Assembly: GCA_040752575.1 (NCBI GenBank)
Contig: JBFMGK010000003.1
Location: 115,794-179,793, forward strand
Direction: 5' to 3'
Length of the DNA stretch: 64,000 nt
Source: Candidatus Bipolaricaulota bacterium
Lineage (GTDB): Bacteria > Bipolaricaulota > Bipolaricaulia > UBA7950 > UBA9294
Shown here: positions 8,368 to 15,878 of the stretch, in pieces
Layout of the letters: every line of letters starts with the position of its first letter
Position numbering within the stretch: the first letter of the stretch is position 1
The notes under the pieces: generated by a model
The model's database searches: none
The model's input: only the letters and a program-made list of their open reading frames with translations
Told to the model about the DNA's origin: nothing
Made by a program: the position numbers and the translations under genes

Positions 8368-11300
8368 CTACTCGGCGTCGTCGCTAGCTGGAGCCCCCTT
8401 GGCCATAAACCTTGCGGCGACGACTCCACGGCTCGGCACGGGGATCCGCGTCCCGGGTGTCCATGCGGCTCCCGTTTCTGTGGGCACGACGAACAACAGC
8501 GCGGTTCCCTGCGAAACGCCGCGCCGTTCAAGCAACGCGAGGCCAACTTGCGCGTCGGCGAGACTCACGGAACTGGTTACACGACCGAGGATGAGTCCGT
8601 TCTTGTCGAGAACGGCAGCTCCAGCGCGAACCGGCCGCTCCCCGCGTTCAACCGTGAAGCGGACAAGCTCTCGCCGAAGCGACGAGGCTCGCGCCACGGC
8701 AGCCGAGCGTCCGATGAAGAAGGGCTTGTGCAGTTTCACGTAGGACCCGAACCCGGCCTCGAAGGGGTCGATGCCCAGAGGCCCCTCGAGTTCGTGGCCG
8801 TACAACGGGAGGCCGGCCTCGGTGCGCGTTGAGTCTCGGGCCGCCAGCCCGCATGGACGCACACCCAGCGCTTGTCCGGCTTCCAGCAGCGCGTTCCAGA
8901 GCCAGAGGGCCGTTGGCGCGGCGGCAAAGATCTCGTAGCCTACAGGCTCTCCTGTGTATCCTGTTCGCGCGACGAGAATCTGGCGCCCCTCCAAGGCCAG
9001 CTCCACGAACTGCGTCCGCTCGAGAGCTGCGACCCTCCGTGCGTCGGCGGGAGAGAGCACGCTGGACAAGGCTCGGGTGCTCTGGGGACCTTGTAGGGCA
9101 AGGTCGATGACGCCGCGTTCCTCCTTGAGGTCCCGCAGCGCGACGCCACCGCGACCGAGACAACATGCGGCACGCGAGCGGTCGACGATCCACCGATCCT
9201 CAAGCAGCCCGCGGAGCCATGCCCAGTCCTTTGCCTCGTTCGCGGCATTAACGACGACCAGGTAACGATCCTCCGCGCGTCGGTAGACCATGATGTCGTC
9301 GAGGACCTTCCCGTCGGCGTCGAAGAGGTAGGCATACTGGGAGCCGCCGTCCCCCAGCCAGCCGGCGTAGTTCGACGTGGCCTCGTTCAGAAACTGGGTC
9401 GCTCGCTTCCCTTCCACTTGGAAGACGCCCATGTGCCCCAGATCGAACAGCCCGGCGCTGCGACGCACCGCGTTGTGCTCCTCGAGCGCTGAGGTGTACC
9501 ACACCGGCATCTGCCACCCCGCAAAGGGGACGAGCTTCGCCCCGAGGGCCACGTGGACTTCATGCAGAGGCGTCGTCCGGCCCCGCACCTCTTCCGCCTC
9601 CACCCAGACGAACTCCTCGCGCGAGGGTCCCGAGGCCGACGTAACAGCGTCCCCTCCGCCGACGAAGTAGGGTTTGCCGAGGACGAAGCGCTCCGGGTGG
9701 AGCGATGCGAGTTCGCGCACCGAACGCCGGATTTCCCGCTCATCGAGCGGTTCGCAAGCCCACGTCGAAGCCGTCTTCGGGAGAGACGCCACCTCCACGT
9801 CCTCGATCACGGCCGGGCCCTCGACTTTGCGGAAGAGGTCCTCGCGGTCGAAGAGCGTGTAGCCGTCGGAGAGGCCGACGAGCCATGCCTTGATCGTCTG
9901 CACTTGGCTTGGCGGCACGAGGACCGCGTACTCGTCTCTTCCCAGACAGCCGACGAGGGCGGGGGAAATCGCCAGTCCCTTCTCGTCAAAGAAGTAGGTC
10001 GAGCAACACGCGCCGGGACTCAACCCAGCGACATCTCCCGGCGCGGCCTGGTCGAGAAGAGAGGACGCGCGACCGCCGCGAACACGAAAGGCGGCGCATG
10101 TGCCGCCAGGCCGCCGTTCAACGTCCGGACGGACGCCGGCCCGAGGCTCGACCCGTGCGATCAGCGAGGCGACATCACGCTTCGCAGACTCCAGGGCGTG
10201 AAGGGCGATCTTGCCCCGCGGAAGCTCTCCGCGAAGGCCGATGTACGAGAAGGGGCGGATTTCACGGAGCACCGAGGCGATGATCCCGGCGAGCGCCTCC
10301 ATCTCCTGTTTCCCCATGCCGCGTTGCGTCACCCAGGGCGTCCCGAACCGAAGCCCGTGTGCATGAGCGGCGCTCTGATCTCCCGGCAGCGTGTTCTTGT
10401 TGCAGACGATGCCCGCTAGATCGAGGATCCTTGAGGCGGCTTCGCCGAGCAAGGCGAAGCCGGTCTCGCTCGGAAGAAGCCTAAGATCGGCCAACAGGAC
10501 GTGCGTGTTGGTTCCCCCGTATGCGAGAGGAATGCCGTTCGCTTCGAGCGCGTGGGCCAGATGAGCTGCGTTCTCGACGATCCGCCTCTGGAGGGCTGCG
10601 TACTCCGGGGTGCGCGCGAGTTGGAGCGCCACGGCCAGCGCCGCGAACTTGTCTACGTGGGGGCCCCCCTGCAAACCCGGGAAGACCGCGGCGTCCAGCC
10701 GCGCTGCGATCTCCGCGTCGGTCGACAAGAGAACGGCGCCGCGAGCGCCACACAGTGTCTTGTGGGTGGTGAACGAGACGACGTGCGCATGGCCGATCGG
10801 ATTGGGGTAGACCTTCCCGAGGATCAGGCCGGCCGTGTGGGCGACGTCGGCGAGAAGGATGGCCCCCACGTCGTCGGCGATCCTACGGAAGGCCGCCCAA
10901 TCCGGCTGCCACGGGTAGGACGTGAAACCGCCAATGATCATCTTGGGACGATGCTCGCGGGCCAGCGCGCGCATTCGTTCGTAGTCCAGACGGCCGGTTG
11001 CCGGATCTACCGCGTAGGGGACGATGCGGTAGCGGCGGCCGGTGACGTTGAACTGGGAGCCGTGCGTGAGATGACCGCCTTCCGTGAGGGCCATCCCCAT
11101 GACCGTCTCGCCGGGTTTCACGAACGCCTCGTAGACGGCCAGGTTGGCTGCGGCGCCCGACAACGGCTGGACATTGGCCAGAATATGCTCCGCCGGCACA
11201 TCCGGCGTGGCAAAACCCTCGGCCACGCGACGAGCGGCGAGCGACTCGACGATGTCTGCGATCTCGGTGCCCTTGTAGAACCGTCGGTCGGCGTAGCGAC

Positions 11301-11553
11301 GCGTAAGGGCCAGCTGTACGTCGACGTCCGCCAGCTCCTCTTCGGTCGCCTGCATCATGGCCTTGCGGGGATACCCCTCGGCGTAGACGCTTGTGAGGGC
11401 AGAACCGAGGACTTCGCGGACTGCCGGAGGAGTCAGGCTCTCCGAAGCGATGAGGATGATCCTCTCTCGCTGTCTTCGCTCCTCGGCGGATAGCAGGGCG
11501 ACCGTCTGCGGATCGACGTCAAGGGCTCGTAACGCAGACCAAGGCTGGCTCAT
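8368..11553 (-). CDS. glyA-gcvT: Serine hydroxymethyltransferase / glycine cleavage T-protein (GlyA-GcvT) fusion
   Basis: N half: LIASES, YAEGYP, NVQPLSG, GGHLTHG, TTHKTL (PLP Lys). C half: RTTPLH..H..LGA..VPFAGWQMPVWY, EHNAVR..AGLFDLGHMG, RTGYTGE, GLAARDSTRTEAG. One continuous 1061-aa ORF. Confidence 0.95.
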   Translation of the reverse strand: MSQPWSALRALDVDPQTVALLSAEERRQRERIILIASESLTPPAVREVLGSALTSVYAEGYPRKAMMQATEEELADVDVQLALTRRYADRRFYKGTEIADIVESLAARRVAEGFATPDVPAEHILANVQPLSGAAANLAVYEAFVKPGETVMGMALTEGGHLTHGSQFNVTGRRYRIVPYAVDPATGRLDYERMRALAREHRPKMIIGGFTSYPWQPDWAAFRRIADDVGAILLADVAHTAGLILGKVYPNPIGHAHVVSFTTHKTLCGARGAVLLSTDAEIAARLDAAVFPGLQGGPHVDKFAALAVALQLARTPEYAALQRRIVENAAHLAHALEANGIPLAYGGTNTHVLLADLRLLPSETGFALLGEAASRILDLAGIVCNKNTLPGDQSAAHAHGLRFGTPWVTQRGMGKQEMEALAGIIASVLREIRPFSYIGLRGELPRGKIALHALESAKRDVASLIARVEPRAGVRPDVERRPGGTCAAFRVRGGRASSLLDQAAPGDVAGLSPGACCSTYFFDEKGLAISPALVGCLGRDEYAVLVPPSQVQTIKAWLVGLSDGYTLFDREDLFRKVEGPAVIEDVEVASLPKTASTWACEPLDEREIRRSVRELASLHPERFVLGKPYFVGGGDAVTSASGPSREEFVWVEAEEVRGRTTPLHEVHVALGAKLVPFAGWQMPVWYTSALEEHNAVRRSAGLFDLGHMGVFQVEGKRATQFLNEATSNYAGWLGDGGSQYAYLFDADGKVLDDIMVYRRAEDRYLVVVNAANEAKDWAWLRGLLEDRWIVDRSRAACCLGRGGVALRDLKEERGVIDLALQGPQSTRALSSVLSPADARRVAALERTQFVELALEGRQILVARTGYTGEPVGYEIFAAAPTALWLWNALLEAGQALGVRPCGLAARDSTRTEAGLPLYGHELEGPLGIDPFEAGFGSYVKLHKPFFIGRSAAVARASSLRRELVRFTVERGERPVRAGAAVLDKNGLILGRVTSSVSLADAQVGLALLERRGVSQGTALLFVVPTETGAAWTPGTRIPVPSRGVVAARFMAKGAPASDDAE

Positions 11554-12683
11554 GAAGACTCCTTTGTCCAGGAGAACGCTTCCGGGTGAAGTCTACGGGG
11601 TAGCTCGCGGCCTTTCCAGCACGCTTCCGCAGCCAGGTAGAGGTCTCCCGAGACGACGCCGTGTCCACCAAGAACCATCGGGATCGAAGCTTCGCGGGCG
11701 CGTTCGCTGAACTCACGCCAGATGGGGTCTTCGACGGCATCGGTGTGGAAGGCGTCGCTTGCGAAGCGATCGGCTGGCGGAGGCTCCGCCGTCCACGCGA
11801 GCAGAGGCCGTGAATCGATCCAGGCGGCATCTGCGGCACGTTCGAGCGCACGGAAGAACGGCCCCATCCCCTCGCGCTCCAGAATCTGGCGGGTCCACGG
11901 AACATGCCCCGACGGAGCGGCACGCGATCCACGGCTCTCGGAGAGCGCGCTCGTACGACAGGCGACCTCTCGCTCGACTGCGGCCCAAGTGGCCGGACTC
12001 ATCCGGCCGACAAACGCCGTCAACGCGGAACGATCGGCGAGCCGCGCGAGGGCTGCGTCGAGAGTGGGGTGAGCGAGCGGATGGGTATCGATGAATGCGC
12101 GTAAGGCCGAACCCGCGCGGTCACTACGCGACAAGACCACAAGATCCGTCGGGGTGTCGATGTCGAACTGGGTGGCGGCGTCCCTCGGCATGGCGTAGCA
12201 CGGCACGCCCGTCTCGGAGGCCGCAAAGCCGAGGGCGTTGTCCGTCGGCACGGCGGGGAGGCTTTCCAACCAAGCCGCCGAAGAGAAGGCCGCGAAGTCA
12301 CACGAGTAGTAGTTGTTGAACAGCGCGGCGGGGGTCCTGCCTCGAGCGAATGCGACAAGGCGCTCCAGCAGGTCGACGGTCAGCAACGCGCCGCTCCCGC
12401 TTCCGAAGTAAAGCACTCCGTGAGCTGCAAGCGCTGCGGTGGACCGCTTGAGCGCTTCGCCGAAGACAAACGAGTCCCCCATGTCGCTTGGGATGATCTG
12501 CACCCCAGCGGGGACAGGGCCGGATGCAGCGGGCGTCACGATGGCGATTTCCTGAACGTCGGCCTCGCGCAGGCCCGTGATCAGATCGGAGATGCCGGCC
12601 CAGCGGCCGCCAGCGACGTAGCTCTCGAGGGGCGTCCGGCCGTGCGGAGGGTGAAAGACCAACGCAGCAACGCGGCACTTCAA
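11550..12683 (-). CDS. Hypothetical protein, CofC/NTP-transferase-like (GT-A fold)
   Basis: FDIDTPTDL motif plus GSGSGALL and NNYYSCDF. Probable TTG start near 12683; stop overlaps the glyA-gcvT ATG. Confidence 0.6.
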   Translation of the reverse strand: MKCRVAALVFHPPHGRTPLESYVAGGRWAGISDLITGLREADVQEIAIVTPAASGPVPAGVQIIPSDMGDSFVFGEALKRSTAALAAHGVLYFGSGSGALLTVDLLERLVAFARGRTPAALFNNYYSCDFAAFSSAAWLESLPAVPTDNALGFAASETGVPCYAMPRDAATQFDIDTPTDLVVLSRSDRAGSALRAFIDTHPLAHPTLDAALARLADRSALTAFVGRMSPATWAAVEREVACRTSALSESRGSRAAPSGHVPWTRQILEREGMGPFFRALERAADAAWIDSRPLLAWTAEPPPADRFASDAFHTDAVEDPIWREFSERAREASIPMVLGGHGVVSGDLYLAAEACWKGRELPRRLHPEAFSWTKESS

Positions 12684-12796
12684 GCGGTGGCTGCGCCTCG
12701 ACGGCTGTGGGAAAGACGACAAGCCTCCACGGCTCGAAGGTCGAGGCCGAGGAGGCTCTCCACGCGGTAGATGGCTATCGCGTCGCCCGTCTTCGC

Positions 12797-13033
12797 TCAA
12801 CGGCGTACGCGCATCGCCTCCCGCTCCCCGACGTAGGGGAGAAGCGCGAGCTTGCGGGCACGGTTGATCTCGACGGCCACCCTGCGCTGGTGCTTTGCGC
12901 AGAGTCGGGTTGCCCTCTTCGGGAGGATCTTGCCAAGACGGTTCATGTACTGCTTCAATTCCTCGGGCTTCTTGTAATCGAGCGTGACGGTACCCTCGCA
13001 CGCCCGGCACTTCCGCTTTCGCTTCTGGAACAT
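12797..13033 (-). CDS. rpsR: 30S ribosomal protein S18 (Zn-binding C+ type)
   Basis: CRAC..LDYKK..GKILPKRAT.LCAKHQR...INRAR.LALLPY. Confidence 0.97.
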   Translation of the reverse strand: MFQKRKRKCRACEGTVTLDYKKPEELKQYMNRLGKILPKRATRLCAKHQRRVAVEINRARKLALLPYVGEREAMRVRR

Positions 13034-13036
13034 GGC

Positions 13037-13471
13037 CTAGAAAGGAACCTCCTCATCGGGAATCGGAGCATCGTCCATCGCCGGCGCAGGAGCCTCAACC
13101 CCGCGGGCTGCCTCGTTGCCGGCGCGTTGCGTGGGGCTTCCGAGGAACTGGACGCTCGATGCGACGACCTCGGTGTACCACTTCGTCTCTTCCGTCTCTT
13201 CGTTCTTGACCGCGGAAATCCTCAACCGGCCCTCCACAAACACCGAGCGTCCCTTGCTCAGATACTGGGCACAGTGCTCCGCTTGGCTTCCCCAGACCGT
13301 GATCGTGACAAACGTGGTTTCGTCTTTCGCCTGCCCCGTGGAGTCCTTGAAGCTTCGCCCGACGGCCAACCGGAAGCGCGTTTTCGCGGCTCCAGACGCC
13401 GAGTATTTCAACGGGTCGGGGTCGCTAGCGAGGTTTCCCAGAAGGAAGACCTTGTTGACACTTGCTGGCAT
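13037..13471 (-). CDS. ssb: Single-stranded DNA-binding protein
   Basis: VNKVFLLGNL..DP, KGRSVFVEGRL and acidic C-terminal tail EEVPF, between rpsF and rpsR. Confidence 0.97.
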   Translation of the reverse strand: MPASVNKVFLLGNLASDPDPLKYSASGAAKTRFRLAVGRSFKDSTGQAKDETTFVTITVWGSQAEHCAQYLSKGRSVFVEGRLRISAVKNEETEETKWYTEVVASSVQFLGSPTQRAGNEAARGVEAPAPAMDDAPIPDEEVPF

Positions 13472-13480
13472 CGCGTCCGA

Positions 13481-13765
13481 TCAGCCCCGTAGAACGATCT
13501 GATAGCGCAGCAGTTCCTCGTCGATATTCAGCCGCCCTTCGAGCGTGCTGACCGATTCAGGGGGCATGCCGAACTCGGTGAACACGTAGAAACCATCCGT
13601 GTAGTGACGGATAGGATACGCCAGCACGCGCCTTCCCCAGTCTTCGGTCTTGGTCACGGTTCCGCCATTCTCCGCGATCAGGGTGTGCACCCGCTCGCTC
13701 TTGGCGGCACGCGCCTCATCGGTCAGATCCGGACGGACGATGAACACGATCTCGTAGTCTCGCAC
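13481..13765 (-). CDS. rpsF: 30S ribosomal protein S6
   Basis: MRDYEIVFIVRPDL...WGRRVLAYPI...GFYV. GTG start after AGAGGT. Confidence 0.96.
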   Translation of the reverse strand: MRDYEIVFIVRPDLTDEARAAKSERVHTLIAENGGTVTKTEDWGRRVLAYPIRHYTDGFYVFTEFGMPPESVSTLEGRLNIDEELLRYQIVLRG

Positions 13766-13793
13766 GCTCACACCTCTCAAATAGACTACGGAA

Positions 13794-13822
13794 AGCGTAT
13801 CCGTGCGCTCTGGGGAAGTCAA
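13794..13822 (-). promoter_or_regulatory. Promoter of rpsF-ssb-rpsR
   Basis: TTGACT-17 nt-TACGCT on the minus strand. Confidence 0.65.
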
Positions 13823-13937
13823 ACCGCATGTCTTGGCCTGCTTGCGGCGCCGTGGGTCATGACCGCCGCCTCAGCGTCAAGTCAGCGATCCCCCCGAACC
13901 GCCATCGGTTCTAATGGAACCTATGTATTATGCAAAC

Positions 13938-13966
13938 TTGATGGAAGTATGCTGGCGGGCTATTCT
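13938..13966 (+). promoter_or_regulatory. Promoter of the peptide / HD-GYP operon
   Basis: TTGATG-17 nt-TATTCT within an AT-rich patch. Confidence 0.55.
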
Positions 13967-14023
13967 ACGAGCGGTCGCCCCGCTGTGGGGCGAAGCAGGC
14001 AAGCGAAAGCCAAGGAGGCAGCC

Positions 14024-14164
14024 ATGAAGTGGGGCGGATTCAACCGCGAGGGGGAGAAGACGATGAAGAAGCTTCTGACGAGCAAGACGGTGTTCGTGTT
14101 GATGACGCTGGCTGCAGCGGCGCTGGCGATCGGCGAGACGCTCAAGTGGAGGCCCGGCGCCTAG
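14024..14164 (+). CDS. Small signal-peptide-like precursor, copy 1 (MKWGGFNREGEKTMKKLLTSKTVFVLMTLAAAALAIGETLKWRPGA)
   Basis: SD AAGGAGG at 14012-14018. Alternative in-frame start at 14063 with its own purine-rich SD. Confidence 0.85.
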   Translation: MKWGGFNREGEKTMKKLLTSKTVFVLMTLAAAALAIGETLKWRPGA

Positions 14165-14183
14165 ATCGGGGTCAGGGGGAATC

Positions 14184-14324
14184 ATGAAGTGGGGCGGATT
14201 CAGCCGAAGGGGAGAGAGGATGATGAAGAAGCTTCTGACGGGCAAGACGGTGTTCGTGTTGATGACGCTGGCTGCAGCGGCGCTGGCGATCGGCGAGACG
14301 CTCAAGTGGAGGCCCGGCGCCTAG
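14184..14324 (+). CDS. Small precursor, copy 2 (MKWGGFSRRGERMMKKLLTGKTVFVLMTLAAAALAIGETLKWRPGA)
   Basis: SD AGGGGGA upstream; same length and C-terminus as copy 1. Confidence 0.85.
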   Translation: MKWGGFSRRGERMMKKLLTGKTVFVLMTLAAAALAIGETLKWRPGA

Positions 14325-14345
14325 GCCAGGGGAACGGGGGGAGTC

Positions 14346-14486
14346 ATGAAGTGGGGAGGATTCAACCGGGAGGGAGAGAAGAAGATGAGGAAGCTCTTTG
14401 GCGCGAGAACGATGTTTGTGTTGATGACGCTGGCTGCTGCGGCGCTGGCGATTGGCGAGACGCTCAAGTGGAGGCCCGGCGCCTAG
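14346..14486 (+). CDS. Small precursor, copy 3 (MKWGGFNREGEKKMRKLFGARTMFVLMTLAAAALAIGETLKWRPGA)
   Basis: G-rich SD upstream. Only synonymous changes versus copy 1 in the last 23 codons. Confidence 0.85.
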   Translation: MKWGGFNREGEKKMRKLFGARTMFVLMTLAAAALAIGETLKWRPGA

Positions 14487-14570
14487 AGCAGACCCTAGCC
14501 TACAGCAGCATGTCCAGGTAGTATCCAGGTGGCGCGGGCATGAGGTCGCGAACGGAAGCGAGGAGGTCGC

Positions 14571-15878
14571 GTGCGGCTCCCGATTCGGGCGGCTTTGCTG
14601 GTGGGGTTGGTTGTCCTTCTGGCACTTGCTTCCCTGAGTTGGGGAATCGTCAACGTCAGCCATCCGTCGCCTGACGACCTGATCCTCTTCTTCGTCTTCG
14701 CCGTCCTTGCCATTCTTGCCGAGGTCTACGCAACCTGGATTCCGGCCTACAAGTGGGAGATCTCCAGTTCGATCGCGATCTATCTTGCCGGGCTGTTCAT
14801 CCTCGGGCCCGATCTCGTCTTGCCACTTGTCTTTGCGTCATCGGCCGTGTCCGAGCTTCTCTTGCGTTGGGGGACTCATCGCAAAGCTTTCTCCAACGCA
14901 CTCGTGCCGATCGCCTTCAACGTCTCTCAGAGTGTCGTCGCCGTTGCAGCCGCTGGCGCGCTCATGCGGGTGCTCGAGCGCGAGTCGCTGCTCATGCGGG
15001 AACCTGCGGAATTCGCTCTAGCCGTTGCCGCCTTCTTGGCTTACTTTCTCCTCAACGTCAGCCTTGTCGTCGGCATTATCTCGGTCACTCAACGGCGCCC
15101 GTTCTGGCACCTCCTCGCGGAGAACCTACACGCATTCGTCGTGCAGTACGCCGTGCTCTGCGTCTCTGCCATTCTGCTCGCCGTGCTGCGTTCGCTCTCG
15201 GTCTGGCACGTGTTTCTCGCCCTCTTCCCTCTCACGCTCGTTCACATCTCGTTTCGCAGCTACCTTAAGCTGCAAACTCAGGCGAGGAATACTTTTGAGA
15301 GGATCTCCGAGCTCTTGGACGCACGAGACCACTACACCGCCGTCCACTCCGCTGAGGTCGCTGAACTCGCGCTCGCGATTGGACGTGAGCTCGGGATGTC
15401 CGAGCGGGATCTCGAGCAGGTCGATATCGCCGCGCGCGTTCACGACATCGGCAAGGTGGCCATCCCGGATGCCATCCTTCTCAAGCCCGGTCCTCTCAAC
15501 GACGCCGAATGGGGCGTGATGAAGACGCATCCCGTGATCAGCGCGCAGCTTGTTGAGGGTCTCGAGATCTACTCGAATGTCGCCGACGCAGTCCGCCACG
15601 AACATGAGCGGTGGGACGGGAGCGGCTATCCCGATGGACTGCGGGGTGAGGCGATTCCCCTTCTGTCCCGCGTGATAGCCGCTGCGGACATCTACAACGC
15701 CCTGTCGACCGATCGCCCCTATCGCCGAGCGTTCTCGCGCGAGGACGCGATGCGCATCGTTGCCGAGATGCGCGGCGTCGACATCGATCCCCGCGTCGCG
15801 GACGCTTTGCTCGCCGTGATCTCGCGTGCGCAGACGCCCGAGACGATCGCCGCGGCTCCCGCGGATTCCGGAGCATGA
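14571..15878 (+). CDS. Membrane-bound HD-GYP phosphodiesterase with multi-TM sensor domain
   Basis: About 230 hydrophobic N-terminal residues, then DARDHYTAVHS, HDIGK, HP and RHEHERWDGSGYPDGL..EAIPLLSRVIAAADIYNAL. SD GAGGAGG. Confidence 0.93.
   Translation: MRLPIRAALLVGLVVLLALASLSWGIVNVSHPSPDDLILFFVFAVLAILAEVYATWIPAYKWEISSSIAIYLAGLFILGPDLVLPLVFASSAVSELLLRWGTHRKAFSNALVPIAFNVSQSVVAVAAAGALMRVLERESLLMREPAEFALAVAAFLAYFLLNVSLVVGIISVTQRRPFWHLLAENLHAFVVQYAVLCVSAILLAVLRSLSVWHVFLALFPLTLVHISFRSYLKLQTQARNTFERISELLDARDHYTAVHSAEVAELALAIGRELGMSERDLEQVDIAARVHDIGKVAIPDAILLKPGPLNDAEWGVMKTHPVISAQLVEGLEIYSNVADAVRHEHERWDGSGYPDGLRGEAIPLLSRVIAAADIYNALSTDRPYRRAFSREDAMRIVAEMRGVDIDPRVADALLAVISRAQTPETIAAAPADSGA

Larger units (their letters stand above)
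14024..14486 (+). repeat. Three tandem direct repeats (period 160 and 162 nt), each containing a small peptide gene
   Basis: Units start ATGAAGTGGGG at 14024, 14184 and 14346 and end CTCAAGTGGAGGCCCGGCGCCTAG at 14164, 14324 and 14486. Confidence 0.97.

Noticed and set aside
12690..12760. Hairpin downstream of rpsR as a firm terminator or ncRNA
   Set aside because: The stem is imperfect and the U-tract weak, so support was insufficient to list it.
14024..14062. MKWGG|F as a type IV prepilin or double-glycine leader cleavage site
   Set aside because: There is no Glu at +5 and no hydrophobic run directly after the Phe. The GG is too near the N-terminus, and no peptidase-containing ABC transporter or RiPP enzyme is adjacent.
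14024..14486. Tandem repeats as a CRISPR array
   Set aside because: The repeats are about 141 nt with about 20-nt gaps, encode peptides with synonymous variation, and no cas genes are present.
13928..14663. Minus-strand ORFs over the peptide repeats
   Set aside because: These are antisense shadows. SD sites and codon conservation support the plus strand.
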